Shown one piece after another: positions 17,231 through 26,539 of a DNA stretch of 64,000 bases. Each line of letters begins with the position of its first letter. Positions within the stretch are counted from its first letter, which is position 1. Position numbers and translations under genes: made by a program. Origin of the DNA: a bacterium (GTDB lineage Bacteria > Auribacterota > UBA3054); assembly GCA_017616555.1 (NCBI GenBank), contig JAFZXZ010000032.1, positions 41,099 to 105,098 of the forward strand, written 5' to 3'. Under the pieces are notes generated by a model. The model was not told the DNA's origin. It did not search any database and saw only the letters and a program-made list of their open reading frames with translations.

Positions 17231-18127
17231 ATGACTAAAACCCTGCTCGCCGTCGACGGCATGGCTTACGTTTTCCGCGCTTTTTACGCCGTTCCTTATA
17301 TGTGCAGCCATGCGGGAATACCAACGAACGCCGTTTACGGTTTCCATAAATTATTGCAAAGCCTTGTCAATGAGATAGAGCCTGATCATCTCGTGGTCGC
17401 TTTCGACGTTGCAGAACCGACTTTCCGCGACGAAGTCTTCAGCGACTACAAAGCAAATCGCCCTGAGGCTCCCGAAGAGCTTATTTCCCAGATCGATCTG
17501 GTCAAGGAATACCTCAGGGCCATGCGCATTCCTATCCTGGAATGCCCGGGATTCGAGGCGGACGATGTTCTGGCAACTGTAGCCGTGAAAGCCAAGGAAG
17601 CCGGTATTAAGGCTCTGATAGCGACAGGAGACAAAGACCTCTGCCAATTGGTGGACGACGACATATTCATTGTCAGGAGCAGCATGCGGGAAGTCGAGAT
17701 ATTGGACAGGGGCGGCGTTATGCGCCATTACGGCGTCTGGCCCGAACAGATCGTAGATTACCTCACCATCGTGGGGGATTCCGCGGACAATGTGCCAGGC
17801 GTCAAGGGCATTGGCCAGAAAGGTGCCAGGGACCTTCTTGAAGCCTACGGCACACTTGACAATATCTACGCTTCCCTTGACAAGCTTTCCCTTTCCAACC
17901 AGAGAAAACTGGAGGAAGCCAAGGACCATATCGAGAGCACCCGCTTCCTCATCAAGATCAGATGCGACGCGCCGGTTAAAATTGAACTTAAGGACACCAT
18001 GCGCTGCGAATGTGACTGCGGACTCGTGAATGAATTCTGCCGGAAATACGACTTCCAGTCCCTGCGCGCGCCGGAAGCAAAAAAAGTCGAATCGCCAAAA
18101 GAACCGCAACAGCAGGAGCTTTTCTAA
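17231..18127 (+). CDS. Stand-alone 5'-3' exonuclease (Pol I N-terminal / flap endonuclease family)
   Basis: LLAVDGMAYVFRAFYA, FDVAEPTFRDEVFSDYKANR, GFEADDVLATVA, ATGDKDLCQLV and GDSADNVPGVKGIGQKGA (H3TH). There is no polymerase domain. Confidence 0.85.
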   Translation: MTKTLLAVDGMAYVFRAFYAVPYMCSHAGIPTNAVYGFHKLLQSLVNEIEPDHLVVAFDVAEPTFRDEVFSDYKANRPEAPEELISQIDLVKEYLRAMRIPILECPGFEADDVLATVAVKAKEAGIKALIATGDKDLCQLVDDDIFIVRSSMREVEILDRGGVMRHYGVWPEQIVDYLTIVGDSADNVPGVKGIGQKGARDLLEAYGTLDNIYASLDKLSLSNQRKLEEAKDHIESTRFLIKIRCDAPVKIELKDTMRCECDCGLVNEFCRKYDFQSLRAPEAKKVESPKEPQQQELF

Positions 18128-18720
18128 TGAAAAAAATAGGAATTACGGGCGGGATCGGCTGCGGCAAGAGTTTCGCCTTGGAAATAATAAAGGAAGCAGG
18201 ATATCAGGCCATTGACGCCGACGATCTTACCAGAGAACTCTGGCAGGACGAGAGCGTCGTAAAAAAGATTGGCTTGAAACTTCATGAATACGGATATTTG
18301 AAAGAAGAATTCACCGCCCAGGCGGTGAGAGCGGTGGCCAGGAATGCTTTCAAAGACATGCAGGTCATAAACGCGCTTGAACGGGTCTTGCAGCCCATGA
18401 TACTGGATAAGCTGACGCTTTGGATGAAAGAAAAGGAAAAAGAAGGGGAGAAGGTCGTTTTTGTGATCGTTCCTTTGCTTTTCGAGTGCGGTCTGCAGTA
18501 TCTATTCGACGAGACTGTCACCATAAACGCCGATAATGAAATAAGGGAACGCAGGCTGCAATTGTCACGGCCGCTTTCCGCCGCCGACATCAATTTGCGC
18601 TTCAACCGCCAGTGGGCCAACTGGGCCCGCTCGCATTATGCGAACCACACCATAGAGAACAACGGAACCAAGGAAGAATTCAAAGAGGCCATTAAAGCAT
18701 TCTTAAGAGAAAAATTATGA
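18127..18720 (+). CDS. coaE: Dephospho-CoA kinase
   Basis: P-loop IGITGGIGCGKS at the N-terminus and about 197 aa in length. The start overlaps the upstream stop (TAATG). Confidence 0.85.
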   Translation: MKKIGITGGIGCGKSFALEIIKEAGYQAIDADDLTRELWQDESVVKKIGLKLHEYGYLKEEFTAQAVRAVARNAFKDMQVINALERVLQPMILDKLTLWMKEKEKEGEKVVFVIVPLLFECGLQYLFDETVTINADNEIRERRLQLSRPLSAADINLRFNRQWANWARSHYANHTIENNGTKEEFKEAIKAFLREKL

Positions 18721-20519
18721 ACGGATATTACAAAGTATTGACCGGAGCCCCCGGACGCCCCAAACGCTACGCAACCAAAGAAGAGATCCCGAAAGAACTG
18801 ACGGACCAGTATGAAGTGGTCTTCGTCCCCGAGGATGTTAAGAAAAGCAAATGGGAGGAAGCTGTCAAAAAGCACCCCATAGAGTTCACGGAAGGCGAAC
18901 CAATCGTAGGAGAAAAGCCGGGCGACGAAATGGTCGAAAGGCCTGCCAAGAAAAAAAGAGGGCGCAAGCCGAAAGCGTTGAAGGTAGTGGAAGAAGTTCC
19001 TTTCAATCCTCTTGACCCCACTGCGGAATTTACCGAGGGCGAGACTATTGAGAACGAAACTCCCTCCGAGGTGACCGTCGGACGCCCTATCCCCATTGTT
19101 GAAGCCAAGGATCAGACTTACTCAAGGCGCCACGGACACCGCCACCCCAAAGGCAAGAAAGAAGAGGGCGAAGTTCAGGATCAGACTCAAGAACAAGCCG
19201 CCGAAAAAGAACCAGAAACTCCGGCTGAATGTACGCCCGACGACGTCAACGTTGAGAGCGATTTGGTCAACATAGCCTTTCTTCTGAGGCAGACCAATGA
19301 GGAATTGAGGAATTTGGCCGCGGCCAACGGAGTCCGCCGTATTCCGGAACTTAGGCGACAGGATCTTATCTACGAGATAATGCGCACGGAATACGCCAAA
19401 TTCGGCTTCCGTTTCGGAAAAGGCGTACTGGATATCCAGAAATTCAACAATTACGGTTTTTTGAGGCGCAGCGAGCGCAATTACCGCATCTGCGACGACG
19501 ACGTCTATGTTTCTCCCACCCAGATCAGGCGCTTCCATCTCCAGAGAGGCGACACCATCTACGGCGTTTTCAGAAGGCCGAGGAACAATGAGAAGAGCGG
19601 TGCTGTAATAAAGGTTGCCGCGGTGAATCTCGATACGCCCGATTCCAAAGCGAACAAAACGCCGTTTGACGAACTGACCCCGCAATTTTCCGCGGAACGC
19701 TTCCTCATGGAATACAGGCCTGACGGAGTCTCGACAAGGATCATGGACCTTATTTCACCGATCGGCAAAGGCCAGCGCGGGCTTATCGTCGCTCCGCCCA
19801 GAGCCGGAAAAACGCTTCTTCTTAGAGATATTGCCAATGCCATATCCAGCAACAACCCCAGCGCCGAACTCATCATGCTTCTTATAGACGAAAGGCCTGA
19901 GGAAGTGACCGACATGCAGCGCTCCGTCAAGGGAGAAGTCATAAGCTCGACCTTCGACGAATCGGGAGACCGTCATCTGGCGGTGGCCGAAATGGTGCTG
20001 GAAAAAGCCAAGCGCCTCGTTGAGCATGGCAAGGACGTCATCATTCTTCTGGACAGCCTGACGAGACTGGCCAGAGCTTACAACAGCGGCCACAATCTGA
20101 GCGGCAAGACGCTTTCCGGCGGCATGGACGCCAACGCCCTGCAGAAGCCCAAACGCTTCTTCGGCTCGGCCAGAAGCTGCGAAGGCGGCGGAAGCCTGAC
20201 GATCATCGCCACGGCGCTCATAGAGACCGGCAGCCGTATGGACGACCTCATCTACGAGGAGTTCAAAGGCACAGGAAACATGGAGTGCGTCCTGGACCGC
20301 CGCATCAGCGAAAAGCGCGTTTTCCCGGCCATCGACATCGACCGTTCCGGCACGAGGAAGGAAGAACTGCTCTTCGACGCCGAGGAGCTTAAGAAAGTCT
20401 GGCTCCTGCGCAATATGCTCTCCGGCCTTTCTCCGCTCCAGAAGATCGAACGCCTTATAGACCAGGTCAAGCTCACTTCCTCCAACGCGGAACTCTTAAT
20501 GATGCTCAGGGAGCGCTGA
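18717..20519 (+). CDS. rho: Transcription termination factor Rho with a ~180-aa N-terminal extension
   Basis: Rho core: GFLRR.. (CSD-like RNA-binding domain), Walker [50 protein letters not shown]. The ATGA start overlaps the coaE stop. Confidence 0.92.
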   Translation: MNGYYKVLTGAPGRPKRYATKEEIPKELTDQYEVVFVPEDVKKSKWEEAVKKHPIEFTEGEPIVGEKPGDEMVERPAKKKRGRKPKALKVVEEVPFNPLDPTAEFTEGETIENETPSEVTVGRPIPIVEAKDQTYSRRHGHRHPKGKKEEGEVQDQTQEQAAEKEPETPAECTPDDVNVESDLVNIAFLLRQTNEELRNLAAANGVRRIPELRRQDLIYEIMRTEYAKFGFRFGKGVLDIQKFNNYGFLRRSERNYRICDDDVYVSPTQIRRFHLQRGDTIYGVFRRPRNNEKSGAVIKVAAVNLDTPDSKANKTPFDELTPQFSAERFLMEYRPDGVSTRIMDLISPIGKGQRGLIVAPPRAGKTLLLRDIANAISSNNPSAELIMLLIDERPEEVTDMQRSVKGEVISSTFDESGDRHLAVAEMVLEKAKRLVEHGKDVIILLDSLTRLARAYNSGHNLSGKTLSGGMDANALQKPKRFFGSARSCEGGGSLTIIATALIETGSRMDDLIYEEFKGTGNMECVLDRRISEKRVFPAIDIDRSGTRKEELLFDAEELKKVWLLRNMLSGLSPLQKIERLIDQVKLTSSNAELLMMLRER

Positions 20520-20521
20520 TC

Positions 20522-21325
20522 ATGAACAAAACGGTAAAAAGCATTCTGAGCACTATCGCTCTTATTCTCCTGGCGCTGCTGCTGAAATCCAATACGATAG
20601 AGCTTTTCAAGATCCCGACCGGCAGCATGGAGCCGACCCTGTACGGCGCCAAGGAAATGGGCCGCGGTTTCGGCGATCATATCTTCGTTCTGCGCTGCGC
20701 CTACGGTTTCAACTGCAAGATAAAGATCCCGCTTATCGACTGGACGCTGCCTTTGCCGGACGGATATTGGATGCTGCCATTCATGCATCTTCCCGAAGTG
20801 GGGGACGTAGTGGTTTTCGAGCATCCTGCCAACCGTAACATCGACTACATCAAACGCTGCGCCGGAACTCCCGGAGACACCGTCATGGTGAAGGACGGCC
20901 GCCTTTACGTCAACGATCATATCGTGACCAACCGACCGGCCACGGCAACGTATGTCCGCTACACCTATGACGGGATCTTCAGCAGACAGCTTCAGACGAT
21001 CGCCAACGCGCTTCTGGAAGTTGAGCGCCGGACCGGCAACAAAGAGATCTACGACGCGCTTTACATTGACGGCGTGCCCTTCCGTGCCATTAGGCCTGTG
21101 GAGGGGGAGCGCAACTACGTTATGGTAGGCGACAGGAAAGTTCATGTCATAAAGGACGAGGTCACGCCCGTAGTTAAGGTCCCGGAAAATTGTTTCTTCA
21201 TGCTTGGCGACAACTCCGCCCATTCCGCCGACAGCCGCTACTGGGGCTTTGCCCACCGCGACACCCTTAAAGGCCGCGCTCTTTGCGTCTATCTTCCCTT
21301 TAAACGAATTAGAGCTATCCACTGA
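20522..21325 (+). CDS. lepB: Signal peptidase I
   Basis: IPTGSMEPTL (catalytic Ser), YIKRCAGTPGDTV, GDNSAHSADSRYWGF. Confidence 0.9.
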   Translation: MNKTVKSILSTIALILLALLLKSNTIELFKIPTGSMEPTLYGAKEMGRGFGDHIFVLRCAYGFNCKIKIPLIDWTLPLPDGYWMLPFMHLPEVGDVVVFEHPANRNIDYIKRCAGTPGDTVMVKDGRLYVNDHIVTNRPATATYVRYTYDGIFSRQLQTIANALLEVERRTGNKEIYDALYIDGVPFRAIRPVEGERNYVMVGDRKVHVIKDEVTPVVKVPENCFFMLGDNSAHSADSRYWGFAHRDTLKGRALCVYLPFKRIRAIH

Positions 21326-21330
21326 TCAAT

Positions 21331-22485
21331 ATGAAAACAGCCAGATTGATTACGCTTGTTTTGGCCGCGCTTGTTTTGGCCGGCTGCGGAGTAACTTCCG
21401 AGGTCATCATTCCCGTGATCGGGGCCACTCTCAACAAGCAGGAGACCGTCAGAGTCGCCATCAAGAGCAAGGTGAATTCTGTCACGGTCAACATCTCGGG
21501 CGCCGGTTCTTACTACGACCAGGCGAGCGGAACATACATGGGACGCTTTGCCAAAGTGGCGAACGCCAGGATCACAGTCGAAAACGGCTTCCTTGCCATA
21601 AACGGCAAGACCGGCCAGGGCAAATACCGCTCCTCCCGCATTATGATGGTTCCGGAAGAGGGTGCGCTCATAAACGTTGACGGCGTCAATTACCGCGGGC
21701 AGATGGAATTCATCTCCAACGGCAGCACCCTTACCGTGGTCAATCATCTCGGCTTGGAAGAGTATCTCTGCGGCGTTGTGCCGAAAGAGACTTTCGCCTC
21801 CTGGCCTACGGAAGCCCTCAAGGCTCAAGCTATTTGTTCCCGCTCGTACACCATCGCCAAGTGCGAGGAGAATTACCAGAAGGACTATGACCTGACTTCG
21901 CCGGGCGACCAGTTATACGGCGGCGCCAGCGCCGAGGCGGCCTCGACTACGGCGGCCGTTTACGGCACTGCCGGCAATTACCTTGAATACAACGGCAAGC
22001 CTCTTTTGACGTTCTTCCACACTTGCTGCGGCGGCGCCACGGAAGACGGCGAAAAGATTTTCACCTATGTCAGGTTTTACCCTTCCGGCGTGACTAGCCC
22101 CTATTGCAAAGGCTGCAAGCACTACGACTGGGAGTATTCTATCGGCGCCGCAGATCTGGCTTCAAAATTGAAAGCGGCCGGCTACAATCCCGGGAACGCC
22201 GCGCCTTTGCAGGTGACGAAGCGCTTCAATTCCGGCCGGGTGGCTGAGATCAGAATTGGCAGCGCTACTCTGACAGGCGAGCAATTGAGGAAGGCCGTAG
22301 GCTACGACGTCATAAAATCCACGCGTTTTTCTGTTTCGCTTAACGGCAGCGTCTATACTTTTAAGGGCAACGGCTGGGGACATGGCGTCGGCATGTGCCA
22401 ATGGTGCACGAAAGGCATGGCCGACCAGGGTATAACCCATGAAAAGATGCTGGAGCATTTCTATCCCGGCGCAAAGTTGAGATGA
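21331..22485 (+). CDS. SpoIID/LytB domain-containing protein
   Basis: Lipoprotein-like signal (LVLAGCG). SpoIID signature EEYLCGVVPKE..WPTEALKAQAICSRSY and FHTCCGGATEDG. Confidence 0.8.
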   Translation: MKTARLITLVLAALVLAGCGVTSEVIIPVIGATLNKQETVRVAIKSKVNSVTVNISGAGSYYDQASGTYMGRFAKVANARITVENGFLAINGKTGQGKYRSSRIMMVPEEGALINVDGVNYRGQMEFISNGSTLTVVNHLGLEEYLCGVVPKETFASWPTEALKAQAICSRSYTIAKCEENYQKDYDLTSPGDQLYGGASAEAASTTAAVYGTAGNYLEYNGKPLLTFFHTCCGGATEDGEKIFTYVRFYPSGVTSPYCKGCKHYDWEYSIGAADLASKLKAAGYNPGNAAPLQVTKRFNSGRVAEIRIGSATLTGEQLRKAVGYDVIKSTRFSVSLNGSVYTFKGNGWGHGVGMCQWCTKGMADQGITHEKMLEHFYPGAKLR

Positions 22486-23552
22486 CAAACGAACAGGAAT
22501 ATCCCTGGTGGGATCTGAGGGCTTACGAATACGACTTGCCCAAGGAACTCATCGCCCAAACTCCGGCTCCCAAAAGAGACGAGAGCAGGCTCATACGCTA
22601 CTCAAAAGCCAGCGGCAAGATCACCCAGGGGATATTCAGGGACATCGTCTCATACTTCAAGGCCGGCGACGTGCTCGTTCTGAACAATTGCAAAGTGATC
22701 CCGGCCAGGCTTTACGTCAAAAGAGTCGGCACCGGAACGAAAATAGAACTCTTGCTTACCAAAGAAGAAGGCGAGGGTGAATTCGTCGCCACCGTCCGCC
22801 CGGGCCACTCCTGCAAACCGGGGGTCAAGGTCATTTGTGGCGATTTAAAGGGCGAATTTACGGAAATACTCCCTGATGGTCAGCGGATAGTGCGTTTTGA
22901 GGCCTCCAGCGCCGCCGTAAACGCGTTTTTGGAAAAAGAGGGGACAGTTCCCCTCCCTCCCTACATAGAACGCCCCAAAGGTCCTTCAGAGGCTTCCGAC
23001 AGGGAACGCTACCAGACCGTTTATGCCAAGAGCGGCCGGGCCGTGGCGGCCCCCACCGCCGGTCTCCATTTTACACCGGAAATTTTAAAAGCTCTTAAAG
23101 ACCTTGGCGTAACGCTTTTGGAAGTCACCCTGAACGTGGGCTTGGGCACTTTCAAGCCGGTCAAGGTGAATGACATCCGCCAGCATGAGATGCACGAGGA
23201 GACCTTCACCTTCACTCCCGATCAGGCGGAACTGCTTAACCAGGCCAGGAGTGAGGGCAGAAGAATAATCGCCGTTGGCACGACCTCTCTGAGAGTTTTG
23301 GAGTCCTGCCTGGACGAGGAAGGGAAATTCCGTTCCGGCTTGCTGGCCACGAGCATCTTCATTCATCCGCCAGTTAAGGTCCGCTCCATCGATGCGCTGC
23401 TGACGAACTTTCATCTGCCGAAGTCCACTCTCCTCATGCTGGTGGCCGCGCTCATTGGCGACGAGTGGCGCAGGATCTACGAGCTGGCAGTAAAAGAGCG
23501 CTACCGCTTTTTCTCTTACGGCGACTGCATGCTTTTGGAGGACCTGAGATGA
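22482..23552 (+). CDS. queA: S-adenosylmethionine:tRNA ribosyltransferase-isomerase
   Basis: YDLPKELIAQTPA, RDESRL, VLNNCKVIPARL, PLPPYI, AAPTAGLHFT, FFSYGDCMLL. Confidence 0.92.
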   Translation: MTNEQEYPWWDLRAYEYDLPKELIAQTPAPKRDESRLIRYSKASGKITQGIFRDIVSYFKAGDVLVLNNCKVIPARLYVKRVGTGTKIELLLTKEEGEGEFVATVRPGHSCKPGVKVICGDLKGEFTEILPDGQRIVRFEASSAAVNAFLEKEGTVPLPPYIERPKGPSEASDRERYQTVYAKSGRAVAAPTAGLHFTPEILKALKDLGVTLLEVTLNVGLGTFKPVKVNDIRQHEMHEETFTFTPDQAELLNQARSEGRRIIAVGTTSLRVLESCLDEEGKFRSGLLATSIFIHPPVKVRSIDALLTNFHLPKSTLLMLVAALIGDEWRRIYELAVKERYRFFSYGDCMLLEDLR

Positions 23553-24235
23553 CAGTTGACCGCACAGCCCTCCTTTACAGCTCGGAAAAGGCGGCCGCTT
23601 TCCGCGGGAAGAAGATCGTCCTCGTGGGCTTGGGCGGCGTCGGCCTCTACGCCTTGGAGAACCTGGCGAGAGCCGGCATAAAGAGTTTCGCCCTCATCGA
23701 CGGCGACGTCTTCGAGGAATCAAACCTGAACCGCCAGCTCTACGCCACGCTTGAGACGCTCGGACAAAAGAAAGCGGAAGTCGCCAAGAGAAGGATCGCC
23801 AATATCGATCCCGGAATAGAGGTAAACGCCGTTCCGGAATTCCTGACCGCCGACAACATCGAAGCGATCGTTCCCAAGAACGCCGATTTTATAATAGACG
23901 CGATCGACGACATTCCGGCGAAAGCGGAGCTCATTCTTTTCGCCTTGAGGAACGGTATTCCAATCGTTTCCTCCATGGGCACCGCCAGGAGGACGGACCC
24001 CTCCAAGATCATCATAACCACCCTCGGCAAGACCAGCGCTTGCCCTCTAGCCAGAAAATTGAGAAAATTATTACGGGAGGAGCCTGCCTCCAAGGCTGTT
24101 CCCGTAGTTATGTCAAAAGAAACACCCTGCGAAGTGGAGAAGGATTCCCCTCTGCCGAGTTCCGGCATGGTCCCCGCCGCCGCAGGCATAAATATGGCCG
24201 CCTTTGTAATCAACACCTTCTGTAAAGAACTATGA
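23549..24235 (+). CDS. tcdA: tRNA threonylcarbamoyladenosine dehydratase (ThiF/HesA family)
   Basis: I moved the start to ATG 23549 (ATGA overlap with the queA stop). Rossmann motif VGLGGVGLYALENLARAGI, DGDVFEESNLNRQ. Confidence 0.75.
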   Translation: MTVDRTALLYSSEKAAAFRGKKIVLVGLGGVGLYALENLARAGIKSFALIDGDVFEESNLNRQLYATLETLGQKKAEVAKRRIANIDPGIEVNAVPEFLTADNIEAIVPKNADFIIDAIDDIPAKAELILFALRNGIPIVSSMGTARRTDPSKIIITTLGKTSACPLARKLRKLLREEPASKAVPVVMSKETPCEVEKDSPLPSSGMVPAAAGINMAAFVINTFCKEL

Positions 24236-24864
24236 AAAAGCTTGTCTTCCTGATCTCTCTTACGCTTCTCGTCACCGCTTGCTTCGGCAAGAAAGCTCCA
24301 AAGCCGACTAAGGAGGCTCTTAATTTCGCCGTTATCGATACTGAGAGCGGCAAAAACAAGCTCGAATTCTTATCCGAGCTTCCCAAGACAGTCGGTGATG
24401 ACGATATGGTCTTTGTCAAAGTGAATCCCGGGACCGTGACGGTCGGCACTTTGAGTTCCGCAAACGACGAAAGCTATTTCATAATGACCAAGCCCGTGAC
24501 TCAAAAACAGCTCTCCAATCTCATAGGGGCTGAAGCCGGAGAAACCGCGGCTTTTTCCGTGCCTTTCGAGAGCATTGGGAAAGTAGTTGACAAACTCTCC
24601 AAGGAGAATCCCGGCGTTGCCTTCTCGCTGCCTAAAGCCAAGCAGTGGGATTTCGCTTTCCTATCAGGTAAGATCAACGAGAACGAACAGCCGATCTGCT
24701 GGGAATGGGCCGTCATGAACAACGGAAAAGCCTACACCTGGCGCGGCAGGATCTGGCACATTATGGAGCTCTACGAAGAAGATGAGAAGGAGAGGAGCAC
24801 GGACGAAGTTAAGAGCGACCTGAGCTTCCGTCTGGCTTTCCCGGAAACAAAGCCCGCGAAATAA
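24232..24864 (+). CDS. Lipoprotein, possibly a short degenerate SUMF1/FGE-like domain
   Basis: Lipobox LVTAC. FIMTKPVTQKQL and ICWEWAV resemble blocks of the formylglycine-generating-enzyme fold, but the protein is short. Confidence 0.4.
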   Translation: MKKLVFLISLTLLVTACFGKKAPKPTKEALNFAVIDTESGKNKLEFLSELPKTVGDDDMVFVKVNPGTVTVGTLSSANDESYFIMTKPVTQKQLSNLIGAEAGETAAFSVPFESIGKVVDKLSKENPGVAFSLPKAKQWDFAFLSGKINENEQPICWEWAVMNNGKAYTWRGRIWHIMELYEEDEKERSTDEVKSDLSFRLAFPETKPAK

Positions 24865-24887
24865 TCTTTGCTTCTCTGCTTTTCCTT

Positions 24888-24964
24888 TCCGTCAGGAAAA
24901 AATAAGCCCCTCTTGATTTTACTTCGTAACAAAATCTTGAGGGGTTTATTTTTTCCCTGACGGA
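24888..24964. terminator. Long near-perfect hairpin between convergent genes (probable bidirectional terminator)
   Basis: tccgtcaggaaaaaataagcccctc ... gaggggtttattttttccctgacgga. The arms are about 25 nt, with A/T runs on both sides of the GC clamps. Confidence 0.55.
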
Positions 24965-24970
24965 AAAAGT

Positions 24971-25075
24971 AAGGAGCGAAGTGCGGCGTATGCCCCTGAG
25001 CGAACTCACGGAGGACGCTAATCAAGGCAAGGCGCGCGTAGTCCGTGAGCGAGGGGCATGCGCCGACTTCGCGAC
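24971..25075 (+). repeat. Palindromic intergenic repeat, copy A (~105 nt)
   Basis: Near-identical to 50148-50252, and reverse-complementary to 63007-63102 and (core only) 50027-50118. Internal inverted repeat gtgcggcgtatgcccct / aggggcatgcgccg around the core cgaactcacggagga..aatcaaggc..gtagtccgtgagcg. Confidence 0.85.
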
Positions 25076-25078
25076 TTG

Positions 25079-26536
25079 TTATTCTTGCGGTTGAGCGAAG
25101 GCTTTGTCAATCACTTCCTGCGGCACTTTTTCCGTGAAGGAACTAACGATAGGCACCACCGCGAAGGGGACGATGATGGAGATCATGGAGCAAAGCGTGG
25201 AAGGAAGAGGAGTAAGGGCGATCAAAACCATCTGCAAGCCCAGTCCGCAGATTATGCCGGACAAAGCGCCCGCTTTGGTCGTTCCTTTCCAGTAAAGGCC
25301 GAGGAGATAGGGAGCGATGAAGGCTCCGCCCACGGCGCCCCAGCTTAAGCTCATAAGGTCAACGATGAACTTGCTGTCGGAGTGGGCGATGATGTAAGAG
25401 AGAAGCAGGAATATGGCGCTCATGATGCGCATCAGAGTGACCGTGGTACCTTCGGAAGCTTCCTTGTTGACGATGCCCTTGTAGAAGTCGATGGTGACCG
25501 TCGAACTTGAGACCAAGACCAGAGAGGAAAGGGTGCTCATGGAAGCGGACAGAATTAAAAGCAGGAACAGAGCCATCAGGGGAGCCGGCAGCCAATCCTT
25601 CAGCATGATGGGGACCAGAGTGTCGTAAACGCCCTTGGCGTCGGGGAGCCCGGCCTTGAAGTAGAGGTGCGTCATGGCGCCGGTGAAGTAAGCCGCGCAG
25701 CCTATTATCATGGCGAAGATGGTGGTGATTATAGTGGCCTTGAAGATAACCTTCTCGTTCTTGATGGCGTAATATTTCTGGATCATCTGCGGAAGACCCC
25801 AAGGGGCGAACGAGGTCATCATCACGGCGGAAGCCAGCGTTATCCAGCCGAAGGTGGAAACGGGAGTGTGCTCAATTCTGGCGGCGGTGATGTTCTGGAA
25901 AACATTAGCCCAGCCGCCGCCCTTATTGGCCAGAAGGCACATGATCAGAATGGAGCCGGCCAGCATGATCATGCCCTGGATGAAGTCCGTAAGAGTCATG
26001 GCCAGGTACCCGCCCAGCATGAGGTAGATGGCGGCCACGCCGGTCATGAGCCACAAGGCCACTTCGTAGGGGATGTTGAAGTTTTCGACGAAAAGATAGC
26101 CCAAGCCTTTGTAAACGGAGGCGGAATAGGGGACAAGGAAAATGAAAATGATGATGGCGGCCAGCGGCTTCAAATACGGCGCCGCGTAGCGTTCGCAGAA
26201 GAAGCCCGGCATGGTCATGGCGCCGAGGTTCTGGGTCATACGGCGCGTTCTCTTCGCCAAAACGATCCAGGCCAAAAGCGCGCCGAAAATGGCGTTGCCG
26301 ACGCCGATAGACATGGCGGGATAGCCGAATTTCCAGCCTAAGCTTCCCGCGAAGCCGATGAAGATGACCGCGGAGAAATAGCTGGTTCCATAGGAGAAGG
26401 CCGAGATCCAGGGGCCGACGTTGCGGCCGCCCAGGAAGAAGTCCTCAAGGTTCTTGGTCCTGCGCATGGCGTAAACGCCAGTGGTGACCAGAAGAATAAT
26501 GAAGGCAACTAGAAGGATGGTTGTTAAGGATGACAT
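25079..26536 (-). CDS. Sodium:solute symporter family transporter
   Basis: About 13 predicted TM segments, SSF-like N-terminus (FFLGGRNVGPWISAFSYGTSYFSAVIFIG). It lies 3 nt downstream of the aryl-CoA ligase gene. Confidence 0.8.
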   Translation of the reverse strand: MSSLTTILLVAFIILLVTTGVYAMRRTKNLEDFFLGGRNVGPWISAFSYGTSYFSAVIFIGFAGSLGWKFGYPAMSIGVGNAIFGALLAWIVLAKRTRRMTQNLGAMTMPGFFCERYAAPYLKPLAAIIIFIFLVPYSASVYKGLGYLFVENFNIPYEVALWLMTGVAAIYLMLGGYLAMTLTDFIQGMIMLAGSILIMCLLANKGGGWANVFQNITAARIEHTPVSTFGWITLASAVMMTSFAPWGLPQMIQKYYAIKNEKVIFKATIITTIFAMIIGCAAYFTGAMTHLYFKAGLPDAKGVYDTLVPIMLKDWLPAPLMALFLLLILSASMSTLSSLVLVSSSTVTIDFYKGIVNKEASEGTTVTLMRIMSAIFLLLSYIIAHSDSKFIVDLMSLSWGAVGGAFIAPYLLGLYWKGTTKAGALSGIICGLGLQMVLIALTPLPSTLCSMISIIVPFAVVPIVSSFTEKVPQEVIDKAFAQPQE

Positions 26537-26539
26537 TTT

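Noticed and set aside
14548-17262. A 904-aa ORF on the minus strand spanning the whole second secretin gene.
   Set aside because: It is antisense to a + strand ORF with unmistakable secretin motifs, a signal peptide and an RBS. Its own product is low-complexity (G/V/D/A/L-rich) with no motifs. Long antisense ORFs recur opposite many well-supported genes here: 621-1883, 12362-13639, 20252-21322, 26603-27817, 28614-29693, 33923-34975, 39423-40712, 43543-45078, 60186-61046 and 61393-62448. This is a codon-usage artefact, because the sense-strand codons whose reverse complements are stop codons are rare.
23465-23548. An upstream extension of the tcdA ORF. Similar extensions occur at 47290-47412 and 58671-58847.
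   Set aside because: The extensions overlap the preceding gene or lack coding character. The internal ATGs give ATGA coupling (23549), a lipobox signal peptide (47413), or a strong RBS plus a canonical REC N-terminus (58848).
24971-25075. The repeated elements as a CRISPR array or as IS/MITE ends carrying a transposase.
   Set aside because: There are only four dispersed copies, at 25 kb, 50 kb (two) and 63 kb, with no regular repeat-spacer periodicity. There is no cas gene and no transposase or target-site duplication that I can see. I kept them as a REP-like structured repeat finding instead.
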